Shown here: one piece after another, positions 8,370-16,971 of the stretch
Layout of the letters: each line of letters starts with the position of its first letter
Numbering within the stretch: the stretch's first letter is position 1
IMG/VR virus record: IMGVR_UViG_3300026986_000001
Span: 1-47,725 of that record
Source of the DNA: a virus
DNA length: 47,725 bases
Strand: one strand, 5' to 3'
The notes under the pieces: generated by a model
Seen by the model: the letters and a program-made list of their open reading frames with translations, nothing else
What the model was told of the DNA's origin: nothing
Databases searched by the model: none
Program-made: the position numbers and the translations under genes

Positions 8370-9083
8370 ATGGCTCTCGCTCCATCACAATCCGGCGCTG
8401 ACCAGCAGGTCCGCGACCGCCGCGACGAGTGCGACCACGACGCCTGCGACGCGTCGTACCGCATCGTCGACGGCGTCGCCGGGCACTGCAGTCAAGAGTG
8501 CGCGCACCGCCACCGCGGGCGAGCGTTCCTCAACACGTTCCGCTTCGACCACCGCTTCTGCGCGACGTGCTTCGCCCAACTGAAGGACGTCGACTCGCCG
8601 AGCGACCACTGGCGGAACCGCAAACAGGACCCCGTGGAGTACGCCATCGAGCAAGGCGGCAAGTTCGTCGACGCCGGCGGCGGGGAGCTGGTGCTCGACG
8701 CGACCGACTGCGAGCACCAGAAGACAATCGACCCGGAGCAAGTCACGGGCTTCCAGTCGTTCCGCGAACACGGCACCATCGGCCTCGTCCACCACGAAAC
8801 TCCGGCTGGCGTCCCGAACGAGACCCGGCGCGGAACCATCTGTGACGCCTGTGGCAACGCCACGCTCACCGAGGCCGACGACATCCTCCGCCGGAGCAAC
8901 CTCAAACTCGTCGTCCAGAACCTCCTCGCCGCCGGCGAAGCCGTCTACGACGAGGGCCAGACCGACCACGAACTCACCCCGGCCGCGCTCGTCGACGAGC
9001 TGCGTCGGCAGTTCGACGCTGACGGCGAACTCGACTTCGCCCTCGCTGTCGGCGTCAGCATCCACGCAACCGGAGGCTACTGA
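8370..9083 (+). CDS. hypothetical Cys/His-rich protein (237 aa)
   Basis: Acidic ORF with several Cys/His clusters (CDHDAC, HCSQECAH, CATC, CDACG). Confidence 0.75.
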   Translation: MALAPSQSGADQQVRDRRDECDHDACDASYRIVDGVAGHCSQECAHRHRGRAFLNTFRFDHRFCATCFAQLKDVDSPSDHWRNRKQDPVEYAIEQGGKFVDAGGGELVLDATDCEHQKTIDPEQVTGFQSFREHGTIGLVHHETPAGVPNETRRGTICDACGNATLTEADDILRRSNLKLVVQNLLAAGEAVYDEGQTDHELTPAALVDELRRQFDADGELDFALAVGVSIHATGGY

Positions 9084-9307
9084 TGGCGATGTCCCAACTC
9101 CCGAGCACGTCCAGTCCGTCGACAACGCGGGACGTTGGCGACATCGTCACGGCCCGTATCCTCGGCGAGAAGCGATCCGGGGAGATTGTCGGTGACGAGG
9201 GCCTTTCGGCACGATACGGTCCCGGACCGGAGTACATCTGGGTGGTGGACGTCGTCGGCGCCGGCACCTACCGCGTCCCCGAATCCGACATCCTCGAACC
9301 TGCGTAA
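9083..9307 (+). CDS. small hypothetical protein (74 aa)
   Basis: TGATG overlap with the upstream gene. Acidic C-terminal half. Confidence 0.6.
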   Translation: MAMSQLPSTSSPSTTRDVGDIVTARILGEKRSGEIVGDEGLSARYGPGPEYIWVVDVVGAGTYRVPESDILEPA

Positions 9308-9330
9308 GCGTCCTCTTCCGAACCCCGGTC

Positions 9331-9404
9331 GGCGTTGTAGCTCAACTGGGAGAGCACCCGCCTGAAGAGCGGGTCTTGTCTCGGTTCGACTCCGAGCAAC
9401 GCCA
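9331..9404 (+). tRNA. tRNA-Phe (anticodon GAA)
   Basis: Cloverleaf read by hand. Acceptor GGCGTTG/CAACGCC, D arm GCTC-AACTGGGA-GAGC, anticodon arm CCCGC-CTGAAGA-GCGGG, T arm CTCGG-TTCGACT-CCGAG, discriminator A, no encoded CCA. The variable region is 6 nt, one longer than usual. Confidence 0.8.
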
Positions 9405-9407
9405 TCG

Positions 9408-9440
9408 CCCACGGCACTCTGTTTTCAGGAGTGCCGTGGG
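9408..9440 (+). terminator. Perfect 12-bp hairpin directly after the tRNA
   Basis: cccacggcactc - tgttttcag - gagtgccgtggg. The T4 run lies in the loop. A terminator or processing role is inferred from position only. Confidence 0.4.
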
Positions 9441-9688
9441 TACCTGTGCATCGCACGCGAACCACGTGCCACGAGGCAGGATCTCGGCTTCGGTACACGG
9501 CGTCTGTCCACCGTCGGTCGCGCCCCGTGGCGACGTCTGCGCGATGCGGAGTCCCCCGTGGATAACACGGGTCCCGCCGCCGGACGCGCTACGGGGCGCG
9601 ACCACTCTCTTCTCCGTGCAGCAGAACCGTTCCCCCGTTTTCGACGGGCACGCGCTCACGCCGCAGAACGGCCATTATGGAGCTATGA

Positions 9689-9925
9689 ATGACTCTTCGA
9701 CAGCGAGCCCGCACGGCGGCCGGCTTCCTCGCAGTCGTCACGCTCCTCGTACTGGTCGGCGCCGACACCCTCAATCAGGGCGTCACGCTGTCCTTCGAGG
9801 ACAAGGCACTTCTCGTCAGTCTGGTCTCCGCTCTCCTCGGCGTGGACCTCGCACTCAACGAGCTCGGCGCCGCCCTGCAGCGAACCTCGCAGAACGACTC
9901 ACGGAGTGAGAACGATGACGAATAG
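9689..9925 (+). CDS. small membrane protein (2 predicted TM helices)
   Basis: Hydrophobic stretches AAGFLAVVTLLVLVGA and ALLVSLVSALLGVDLAL with an acidic tail. Confidence 0.65.
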   Translation: MTLRQRARTAAGFLAVVTLLVLVGADTLNQGVTLSFEDKALLVSLVSALLGVDLALNELGAALQRTSQNDSRSENDDE

Positions 9926-10253
9926 CGTTCTCGTCGACGGCCTCGGAATGCTCGCCGGCGCCGTCTGGATGAGCGGCGCGCTGTACTTCCAGTTCATCCG
10001 AGACCGCCGCGTGCATCCGGGATACGTCGGCGCGCAGTTCCTCATCGGTGTGGCTCTCCTACTCGGGTCCAGCGCGTTCGTCATCAGCGGCCGCACGGCA
10101 CTCGTTCAACTGCTCGCCATCGGCGGTTACGTCCTGTTCATGCTCATCGGGCTCGGCGCGTGGTACGAGCTCGACAAGTACGCCGACCGCGAGGAACAGA
10201 AATCGCTCGACACACACGCTGACTCGCACGACTCCCGCATCAAGAACTCATGA
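9906..10253 (+). CDS. membrane protein (3-4 predicted TM helices)
   Basis: Hydrophobic stretches LGMLAGAVWMSGALYF, FLIGVALLLGSSAFVI and LLAIGGYVLFMLIGLGAW. An ATG at 9915 is an alternative start. Confidence 0.7.
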   Translation: MRTMTNSVLVDGLGMLAGAVWMSGALYFQFIRDRRVHPGYVGAQFLIGVALLLGSSAFVISGRTALVQLLAIGGYVLFMLIGLGAWYELDKYADREEQKSLDTHADSHDSRIKNS

Positions 10254-10900
10254 ACACACCGGTACTCCTGTCGTCGCTCGTCGAGTACGCTGTCAACCAC
10301 CCCGAACAGGCCGCTACTGCTATCGGCGGGCTGGCTGCGGCCGCCGGCCACTACGGGAAGACTGGCCGCGTCCCACTCGGCCGCCTCCCGTTCCGTGCTG
10401 CGCAGGACGCGTGGGGCGAGCTGGCCGACCAGTGGTTCGGCAAGAGCCGGCCGCGCGGCATCCCCGCGCTCGTCGCCGACATCAGCGTCGACGACCTCGA
10501 CACGACGCTCCGCGAGCAGTCGCACTTCGAGGGCGCGGACGACCAGTCCTACGAGTACGAGGGCGAGGTGCTGAACCTGCGGCGGCCCGGCGGCCTCCGT
10601 ACGCACCCCGACACCGGCGAGGCCGTCCCGATGGAACTCCACGTCCGCGCGTTCCAGACCGAGGCCGGCGACCTCCTCCTCCTCCCGCACGACGAGGCCT
10701 CCCGGAGCGAAGCATGGGGCGCGCACTACCGCGGCCGCCTCCTCTCATGGAGCCGAGGCCGCGGGGAGATGGCGAGCGTCCTCGACGACCTCGGCATCGA
10801 CTACGACACCATCGAGAGCGAGCGCGCCGCCGGTATCACCGTCGTCCCGCCCGAGACCACCACGAGCACGCCCGGCATCAGCACGACCACCGCCCAGTAA
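10250..10900 (+). CDS. hypothetical protein (216 aa)
   Basis: ATGA overlap with the upstream gene. Acidic composition. Confidence 0.75.
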   Translation: MNTPVLLSSLVEYAVNHPEQAATAIGGLAAAAGHYGKTGRVPLGRLPFRAAQDAWGELADQWFGKSRPRGIPALVADISVDDLDTTLREQSHFEGADDQSYEYEGEVLNLRRPGGLRTHPDTGEAVPMELHVRAFQTEAGDLLLLPHDEASRSEAWGAHYRGRLLSWSRGRGEMASVLDDLGIDYDTIESERAAGITVVPPETTTSTPGISTTTAQ

Positions 10901-10906
10901 CTCGAC

Positions 10907-12409
10907 ATGGACAACGACACTCTCGACGTCGACCTCTCGGACGCGCCCCGACAACGCGAGTACCTCAGCCTTCTCCCCTGCACGAGCAAGGAGGCCGCCG
11001 AGGCGATGGACGTCTCGACGAACACGGTCAAGAGCTTCCGGGAGAGCCTCCGGAACACGCACGACGTCGAGTTCGAGTACGACTACTCGACGAAGGTCCA
11101 CTCGCTCGCCACGCCGGTCACCATCCAGACGGAACAGACGGCACAGACGAAACAGGCGTCACAGACGCCACAGGCAAGCGGCGGGTCCGAGCGGCCGGAC
11201 CTGAATCTGGACCGCGTCGACGCCGCTGACTCCGAGCCCGACCCCGAGGACCTGACCGACCGAGAGCGCGTCATCGTCCACGAACTCCAGACCGGCGCGA
11301 CGCTCGACGAGCTGTCCGAGCGCGTCGACGACCGCGAGTCCGTCGTCACGCAGCACCTCCGCGACCTCCGCCGTGAGGGCTGGCCGGTCTACATCGACGA
11401 GGCCGCCGGCCACATCGCCATCGAAGGCGAGCACGTCCTCCGCTCGTCCGAACACAAGGGCACGCGAACGCGGAAGGCAAACCGCTGGTGGGAGCTCCGC
11501 CACAACGAACTCGTCCGCGAGTTCCGGGGTCTCCAAACACCGTCGGCTCGCCTCGCCGCGCACTCCGGCCACGAGGACTGGGTCATCCACCTCACCGACC
11601 TCCACGCCGGCGACCGCGTCCGTACCGACGACGGCAGCGTCGTCTACCAGACCGAGGACATCCCTGACGTCATCGACTACGTCACCCAGCAGAGTCTCGA
11701 CCTCGCCGAGAAACACAACTCCACGTACGACGCCGTCCACGTCCTCTGGGGTGGCGACTTCGTCACTAACGAGGGGATCTACGAGGGCCAGTTCGAAGAC
11801 CTCGACGCGTGGCTGGACGAGCAACACGACACGCTCGTCGCCCCACTCCTCCGCCAGCTAAAAGCGCTCAGCCGAGAGTTCCCCTCGGTGCACGTCGTGA
11901 CGATGGTCGGCAACCACGGCCAGCACCGTGCCTCCGGAACGAGCCGGCAGGCGAACGCCGACCTCATCCTCTACAAGCACCTCCGGAACACGGTCGCGCA
12001 ACTCCAAGAGCACGGCGACGCCCTGCAGAACGTCGACTTCCGCATCGGGCAAGCCGAGGCCTACCGGAACTTCCCGCTGCGGGGCGGCGACCTCACCGGC
12101 CACCTCCGCCACGGCCAGCACCGGAAGCCGCAGGCCGAGACGAGCGCGCGCCGGAAAGAGTGGCTCGGCACGCTCCTCGACCACGACTTCGACGTCGCCG
12201 CGATGGGCCACCACCACGTCAGCGGACGCATCCCGTGGGACGGCCCGCCCGTCATCTGCACCGCGTCGCCGAAGCCCGCCGGCGAGTTCGTCGAGACGCT
12301 CGGCGGCCGCACGCCCTCGGAGTTCCAAGACGTCGCCACCGCGTTCGGCGTCTCCAACGACGGCCTCACCGCTGTCTACCCCATCGACACCCGCAAGTTC
12401 GACGCCTGA
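10907..12409 (+). CDS. two HTH domains fused to a calcineurin-like metallophosphoesterase
   Basis: HTH-like segments TSKEAAEAMDVSTNTVKSFRESL and ATLDELSERVDDRESVVTQHLRDLRREG, followed by metallophosphoesterase motifs LTDLHAGD, WGGDF, VGNHGQH and MGHHH. Confidence 0.7.
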   Translation: MDNDTLDVDLSDAPRQREYLSLLPCTSKEAAEAMDVSTNTVKSFRESLRNTHDVEFEYDYSTKVHSLATPVTIQTEQTAQTKQASQTPQASGGSERPDLNLDRVDAADSEPDPEDLTDRERVIVHELQTGATLDELSERVDDRESVVTQHLRDLRREGWPVYIDEAAGHIAIEGEHVLRSSEHKGTRTRKANRWWELRHNELVREFRGLQTPSARLAAHSGHEDWVIHLTDLHAGDRVRTDDGSVVYQTEDIPDVIDYVTQQSLDLAEKHNSTYDAVHVLWGGDFVTNEGIYEGQFEDLDAWLDEQHDTLVAPLLRQLKALSREFPSVHVVTMVGNHGQHRASGTSRQANADLILYKHLRNTVAQLQEHGDALQNVDFRIGQAEAYRNFPLRGGDLTGHLRHGQHRKPQAETSARRKEWLGTLLDHDFDVAAMGHHHVSGRIPWDGPPVICTASPKPAGEFVETLGGRTPSEFQDVATAFGVSNDGLTAVYPIDTRKFDA

Positions 12410-12482
12410 CGCGTATCGCCCCGGGGCCATGCGTGACGGCGCCGGGGAGCATCACCAACCCGTAACCCTTTAACTGTAACCG

Positions 12483-13010
12483 ATGCCCCCTGTTGAACTC
12501 ACCATCGAGCCGAACGAGAAGTACCGCGCTGTCGTCGAGGGCGAGTTCCCCGGCGACGAAGTACCCGCGACCGAAGAGGAGTTCCGTGAGCAACATCCCG
12601 CGCCTGACGCGGCCGACGCGTACATCAAGACCGTCGATGGCGCGCCAACGGAATCGGACATGGTGCCTCCTGAAGACCGCGTTGAAACCCTCGGCGACGG
12701 GATGTACGCCATCTCCTGCCGGCACTGCGACCGAACGTGGCGTGCCGAAGACTCCGAGACGAAGAAGGTCGACCCCCGAGAAGACCTGAAGTCACGCCTC
12801 AAATCCCACCGGCCCTGCGCTGAGAGCACGCTCACGTGGGCGGACTTCTCGCCATCGTCGGACCCGGATCTGCTGTCGAAGATTGCGACGTACTTCGACG
12901 GCATCGAACCCGACGAACCGGCGGACCGCATCCGCGCGAAGCTCCGCCTCCTCGACTGCGGCGCGTACGTTCGCGCGCAGATAGCCGCCCGTGGTGAACT
13001 CCGCGCATGA
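12483..13010 (+). CDS. hypothetical protein (175 aa)
   Basis: Acidic ORF containing CRHCD...HRPC. ATGA overlap with the next ORF. Confidence 0.75.
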   Translation: MPPVELTIEPNEKYRAVVEGEFPGDEVPATEEEFREQHPAPDAADAYIKTVDGAPTESDMVPPEDRVETLGDGMYAISCRHCDRTWRAEDSETKKVDPREDLKSRLKSHRPCAESTLTWADFSPSSDPDLLSKIATYFDGIEPDEPADRIRAKLRLLDCGAYVRAQIAARGELRA

Positions 13011-14713
13011 GCAACGGGCGGACGACCATCACCGCGGACAACGATGCTGTCGACGCGGTCGCTGCCCACAAGCGCGACGAGGACTCGTGGACGGACGTTC
13101 TGTTCCGGGCCGCGGAAGCCCTCGAAGCCGTGGAGGGCGACGGTGAACACGGTCTGAACACACTCACCGAGGACCACATCGACGACATCGCTGCCCGCAC
13201 CGCGGAACGCACCGCTGACGAAGTCGAGAATCCTCCTTACGATGCGCTGAACACAGACTGCATTCACCGATGCTCCCCGCTACCTGCACCGCCCGCCACC
13301 TACGCCTCGGCGAAGTCGTCGCGTGGTGCGTCGACGACGAGAAGCTCGCGCTCTACCAAGCCGGCAACGACGAAGCGTGGCTCGCCGCTGAACACCCCTG
13401 CGACCTCCGCGACTGGACCTGACACCATGACCGACACTGACTCCCCGGACGACGCCCTGTCCCTCGACGACCTCCCGCAGCCCGCCGACGAAACCACGGT
13501 CCCACCCGCGGACCTGCACGTCGACGGCGACAACCCCAACGAACAGTCGGACGAGATGTTCGGACTGCTCGTCGAGAATATGCGGGAGCACGGCTGGATC
13601 GGCAACGCCATCATCGCCAACACCGGCGACCTCCCCAGCTACGACGGCGACCCTGAGGGCCTCATCGCCGACGGCGAACATCGCTGGCGCGCCGCCCAAG
13701 AGCTCGGCCTCAACGAGGTCCCGGTGAAGTTCTACAACTTCGAGGACGACGCCGGCCGCAGGCTCTGGCGGCAGGAACTCAACAAAATTTCCGGCGAGCA
13801 TGACGCGAAGCGGGACGCGCTGGAGTACGACTACCTCATCAAAGAGGGTCGCTCCGATGAGGTCCACGACCTCGTCGACGCTGCCGACGAGGACCTCGAC
13901 GACCTACTTGATGAGATACGCGCCAACACCAACCGGACCCCCGGATACGATTTTGAAACCAGCCACGAGGTCTACTTCGAGGACTGTGTTCAGGGAATGA
14001 GAGACCGTCTCGAAGATAACTCCGTAGACCTCGTGTTCACGTCCCCGCCCTACAACGTCGGTCTTGCTGAGAGCGCCGACAAGAAGACCGACGGCTATGT
14101 GCCGTACTCTGACGACCGTGACCAAGCCGAGTACCGCGAGTTCATCGGCGAAGTCCTCGACGAGCTGGCACGCGTGATCAAACCCACGGGCCACATCTTC
14201 GTCAACCTTCAGGTGGACGTCCGCGACGGAACCATCAACCCCCCTACGTGGATTCCCGAGCGAATGCCGCTCCCGTGGCGGTCCTACATCGTTTGGAACA
14301 AAGCTAACACCTCGCGTTCCAGCATCTACCTGCAAGAGAACGGCCGGTTCATCCAGAGCTGGGAGCCTGTCTACCACTTCTCGAACTCGGAAGAACCACT
14401 TGACGGGAAACGGAATTTCGCAGTCTGGGACGTCGCTCCTGCAAACCTCGAAAGTGACCACGACACGGGCGTCCACCCTGCTCCCTTCTCCGTTGAACTC
14501 GTCCGGAACGCACTCGAACCAACGACTTCCCCCGGGGATACGGTTCTCGACCCATTCATGGGGAGCGGCACAACTGCCGTCGCCGCTATCCTGAACGACC
14601 GCGACTACGTCGGCTTCGAACTGGACGAGGAAGATGCCTATCGACCCGTCATCAAACGCCGTATCCAAGAAGCCAAACGCCAGCGCGCGGCCACGGTCAA
14701 CACTGAGGACTAA
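13007..14713 (+). CDS. ParB-like nuclease domain fused to a beta-class DNA methyltransferase (N4-C or N6-A)
   Basis: ParB/Srx motif LIADGEHRWRAAQELGL. MTase motif IV DLVFTSPPYNVG lies before motif I VLDPFMGSGTTAVAA. The enzyme core most likely starts at the in-frame ATG at 13427 (MTDTDSPDD). The first 140 codons look composite (see findings). Confidence 0.85.
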   Translation: MSNGRTTITADNDAVDAVAAHKRDEDSWTDVLFRAAEALEAVEGDGEHGLNTLTEDHIDDIAARTAERTADEVENPPYDALNTDCIHRCSPLPAPPATYASAKSSRGASTTRSSRSTKPATTKRGSPLNTPATSATGPDTMTDTDSPDDALSLDDLPQPADETTVPPADLHVDGDNPNEQSDEMFGLLVENMREHGWIGNAIIANTGDLPSYDGDPEGLIADGEHRWRAAQELGLNEVPVKFYNFEDDAGRRLWRQELNKISGEHDAKRDALEYDYLIKEGRSDEVHDLVDAADEDLDDLLDEIRANTNRTPGYDFETSHEVYFEDCVQGMRDRLEDNSVDLVFTSPPYNVGLAESADKKTDGYVPYSDDRDQAEYREFIGEVLDELARVIKPTGHIFVNLQVDVRDGTINPPTWIPERMPLPWRSYIVWNKANTSRSSIYLQENGRFIQSWEPVYHFSNSEEPLDGKRNFAVWDVAPANLESDHDTGVHPAPFSVELVRNALEPTTSPGDTVLDPFMGSGTTAVAAILNDRDYVGFELDEEDAYRPVIKRRIQEAKRQRAATVNTED

Positions 14714-14716
14714 CCC

Positions 14717-14863
14717 ATGCCCTCCGACATCGACACCACCTGTAGCTCTTGCGGCGAGTCCGACTGGGAGACTGACTCCCGATTCGGGTCCATCCACTGC
14801 GGGAGCTGTGGGTATCGCCCGAAGAAAGCACGCCGGGACGAAATCGAGGCAGCCCTCTCATGA
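14717..14863 (+). CDS. small zinc-ribbon protein (48 aa)
   Basis: MPSDIDTTCSSCGES...HCGSCGY. The stop overlaps the ATG of the next gene (ATGA). Below the ORF-track length cut-off. Confidence 0.6.
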   Translation: MPSDIDTTCSSCGESDWETDSRFGSIHCGSCGYRPKKARRDEIEAALS

Positions 14864-15393
14864 CCAACGAGGACCTGACGACCATCGACGGCGTCGGCCC
14901 CGCCATCGCCGACGAACTCGAAGCCGCCGGCTACGAGACCGTCGCCGACGTCGAGAACGCGTCCGTCGACGATCTCGCCGACGTTCGCCTCCTCGGCGAG
15001 TCCTCCGCACGAGACATCCTCAACGACGAGGAATCCGGGAGCAGCAGAGGCCGCCCGTCGGAACTCGAAAAATACGAAGAGGACATCCTCACCGTCGCCC
15101 GGCAGGGCGCGACAAAAGCCGGCTGCGCCCGTATCGCCGGCGTTTCGACGTCCACGCTGTACCGCTGGCTCAACGAGTACCCGGAATTTTCGGAGGCGTT
15201 CAAACGCGCGCGGGCGCAAGGCGAACTGCAGCACCTCCAGTCCGTGAACGATTCCGGCAGTCGGTTCCTCCTCGAACGCTCCTTCGGCTACACGAAGAAG
15301 GAGGAAGTTGAACTGACGGACGGTGACGCCTCGGAGCTCTCCAAAGAGGAGAAAGAGCAGCTCGAAGCCATCGGTGCCCGGGACCCCCAGTAA
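14860..15393 (+). CDS. terS: terminase small subunit (HhH plus HTH)
   Basis: N-terminal helix-hairpin-helix IDGVGPAIADELEAAG. HTH GCARIAGVSTSTLYRWLNEYPEF. Lies immediately upstream of the large terminase. Confidence 0.75.
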   Translation: MTNEDLTTIDGVGPAIADELEAAGYETVADVENASVDDLADVRLLGESSARDILNDEESGSSRGRPSELEKYEEDILTVARQGATKAGCARIAGVSTSTLYRWLNEYPEFSEAFKRARAQGELQHLQSVNDSGSRFLLERSFGYTKKEEVELTDGDASELSKEEKEQLEAIGARDPQ

Positions 15394-15396
15394 GAG

Positions 15397-16956
15397 ATGG
15401 CCTCAACGCTCATGGACCTCGCGGAGCGCAAGCCGCTGGCGCACCCGGCGGTCGCGTCCATCCGGCTGTTCGACTACTCGATGGCGCCGGGTGACCACCT
15501 GCTGGAGTTCTACGACGCGCTCTGGAAAGCCGTCGACGAGGACTACCCACACGCGCCGACGCGCATCGCCCGCCTCCTCCCGCGTGGTCACGGGAAGACC
15601 GAGAGCGGCGGGGTCGTGTTCCCAGCGTGGCTCCTCCTTCGCCACCCCAGCGTCCGCGTAGCAGTCCTCTCGAAGACGCGTGGGCTGGCCGCGGAGCGCA
15701 CGGAGAAGGTGGTCGACGTCGTCGAGACGCACGCCGCAGAGTTCGGCGTCGAGGTCGAGGAGTCCTCTCGGACGCAGTTAACGACAGGCGCGAACGACCA
15801 CAAGGAAGCGAGCATCGCGCCGTACGGCCTCGAGAGTCAGCTCACTGGGAAACACTTCGATGTCATCGTCTACGACGACATCGCGGACTGGGAGAACCAA
15901 CGGACGGCTACGCAGCGTCGGAACGTTCGCTCGTACTTCGCGGACTACGTTGACAACCTTCCGTCGAACGACTCCGCCCTCCCGAGCGGCCCCGTGCAGG
16001 TCGTCATCGGGACGCGCAAGCACGAGGAGGACATCTACGAGACGAACATTCTCGGGGACAAGCGCTGGGACACGCGCGTCTACAAGGCCATCGCCGAGGA
16101 GGACTGGCCGCTCGTCGAACAGCGGGCGTGGCGGGTCCGTGGACAGGACGGCAACGTCTACGACGACGTCTCCGACCTCCCGGACGACGTCTCCATCGCC
16201 AACAACGGCGTCATCCCCGAGGCGGACATCGACGTCCTCTGGCCGGACCTCCAGCCGCCCGAGGCCCTGCTGTACGACATCGTCACCGGCGACGACTCCT
16301 CGGTCATCTGGCGGCGTGAGAACCAGCAGGACCCCAGCGCGCTCGCCGGCGAGGTCTTCAGCTCCGACTGGCTCGACTACGTCGACGAACTCCCGAACCC
16401 GCCATCGTCGTACCGCTGGGTGGGCGGCATGGACATCGGCGTCGTCGAGGACGTGCAGGCCGCCGCGCAGTCCGACTCGGACTTCTCCGCCGTCGCAGTC
16501 ATCGCCAGCGACCCCTCAAGCCCCCGCGGGTTCCTCGTTCACCTCGAACGGGAGCGCGGCCTCTCGACGAAAGGCAACGCGGACTGGGCGTTCAACGAAT
16601 TCCACGACATCGCCGACGAGTTTGGCATCGAATACTCGGAACTCCTCGTCGAGACTAACAAGGCACCGGGCGTCGCCCAGCGCCTCCGCGACGACACCAG
16701 CCTCCCCGCCCGCGGCGTTGAATCGACATCGTCGAAAGAGGGCCGCATCCACGACCTCTCCGCGGACTTCGAGTCCAGTGACCTCCGCATCCTCGGCGAC
16801 CCGACCGAGGAGCGGTGGCGGGACTGGGAGGTCAAGGAGTGGCTGCGCTTCCCGAACGCCGCTCACGACGACCGCCTCGATGCCATCGAACTCGCAAACC
16901 GCGCGACCAGCGGCGGTGAAGTGACGCAGGTCGGGTCGATGCGCGACCTCCTCTAA
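15397..16956 (+). CDS. terL: terminase large subunit
   Basis: Walker A-like LLPRGHGKTE, Walker B FDVIVYDDIAD, and a C-terminal nuclease-like region (GGMDIG..., HDDRLDA). Position is before the portal gene. Confidence 0.85.
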   Translation: MASTLMDLAERKPLAHPAVASIRLFDYSMAPGDHLLEFYDALWKAVDEDYPHAPTRIARLLPRGHGKTESGGVVFPAWLLLRHPSVRVAVLSKTRGLAAERTEKVVDVVETHAAEFGVEVEESSRTQLTTGANDHKEASIAPYGLESQLTGKHFDVIVYDDIADWENQRTATQRRNVRSYFADYVDNLPSNDSALPSGPVQVVIGTRKHEEDIYETNILGDKRWDTRVYKAIAEEDWPLVEQRAWRVRGQDGNVYDDVSDLPDDVSIANNGVIPEADIDVLWPDLQPPEALLYDIVTGDDSSVIWRRENQQDPSALAGEVFSSDWLDYVDELPNPPSSYRWVGGMDIGVVEDVQAAAQSDSDFSAVAVIASDPSSPRGFLVHLERERGLSTKGNADWAFNEFHDIADEFGIEYSELLVETNKAPGVAQRLRDDTSLPARGVESTSSKEGRIHDLSADFESSDLRILGDPTEERWRDWEVKEWLRFPNAAHDDRLDAIELANRATSGGEVTQVGSMRDLL

Positions 16957-16971
16957 ACGGACTACGTAGCT

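Noticed and set aside
8249-8371. 40-codon minus-strand ORF (MTNEQPRFERDRER...) in the gap before 8370
   Set aside because: Roughly 65 percent GC3 counted by eye, well below that of real genes here. It is isolated on the opposite strand inside a plus-strand gene train, with no recognisable motif.
9331-9404. tRNA gene as an attP site of an integrating provirus
   Set aside because: The tRNA is full length, the window closes on itself as a circle, and no integrase or recombinase motif was seen in any ORF.
10048-11229. 393-aa plus-strand ORF and similar long Arg/Pro-rich ORFs (for example 4457..5506, 14634..15311, 19814..21217, 45885..46778)
   Set aside because: These are alternative frames of better genes. 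Their extreme Arg/Pro/Ser content is incompatible with the acidic proteome of the rest of the genome.
12417-12482. CCCCGGGG-type palindromes and a duplicated GTAACC around TTTAAC upstream of 12483
   Set aside because: The stems are only 6 bp. The AT-rich box is too close to the ATG (about 12-16 nt) for a standard TATA spacing. The evidence is insufficient to call a promoter or terminator.
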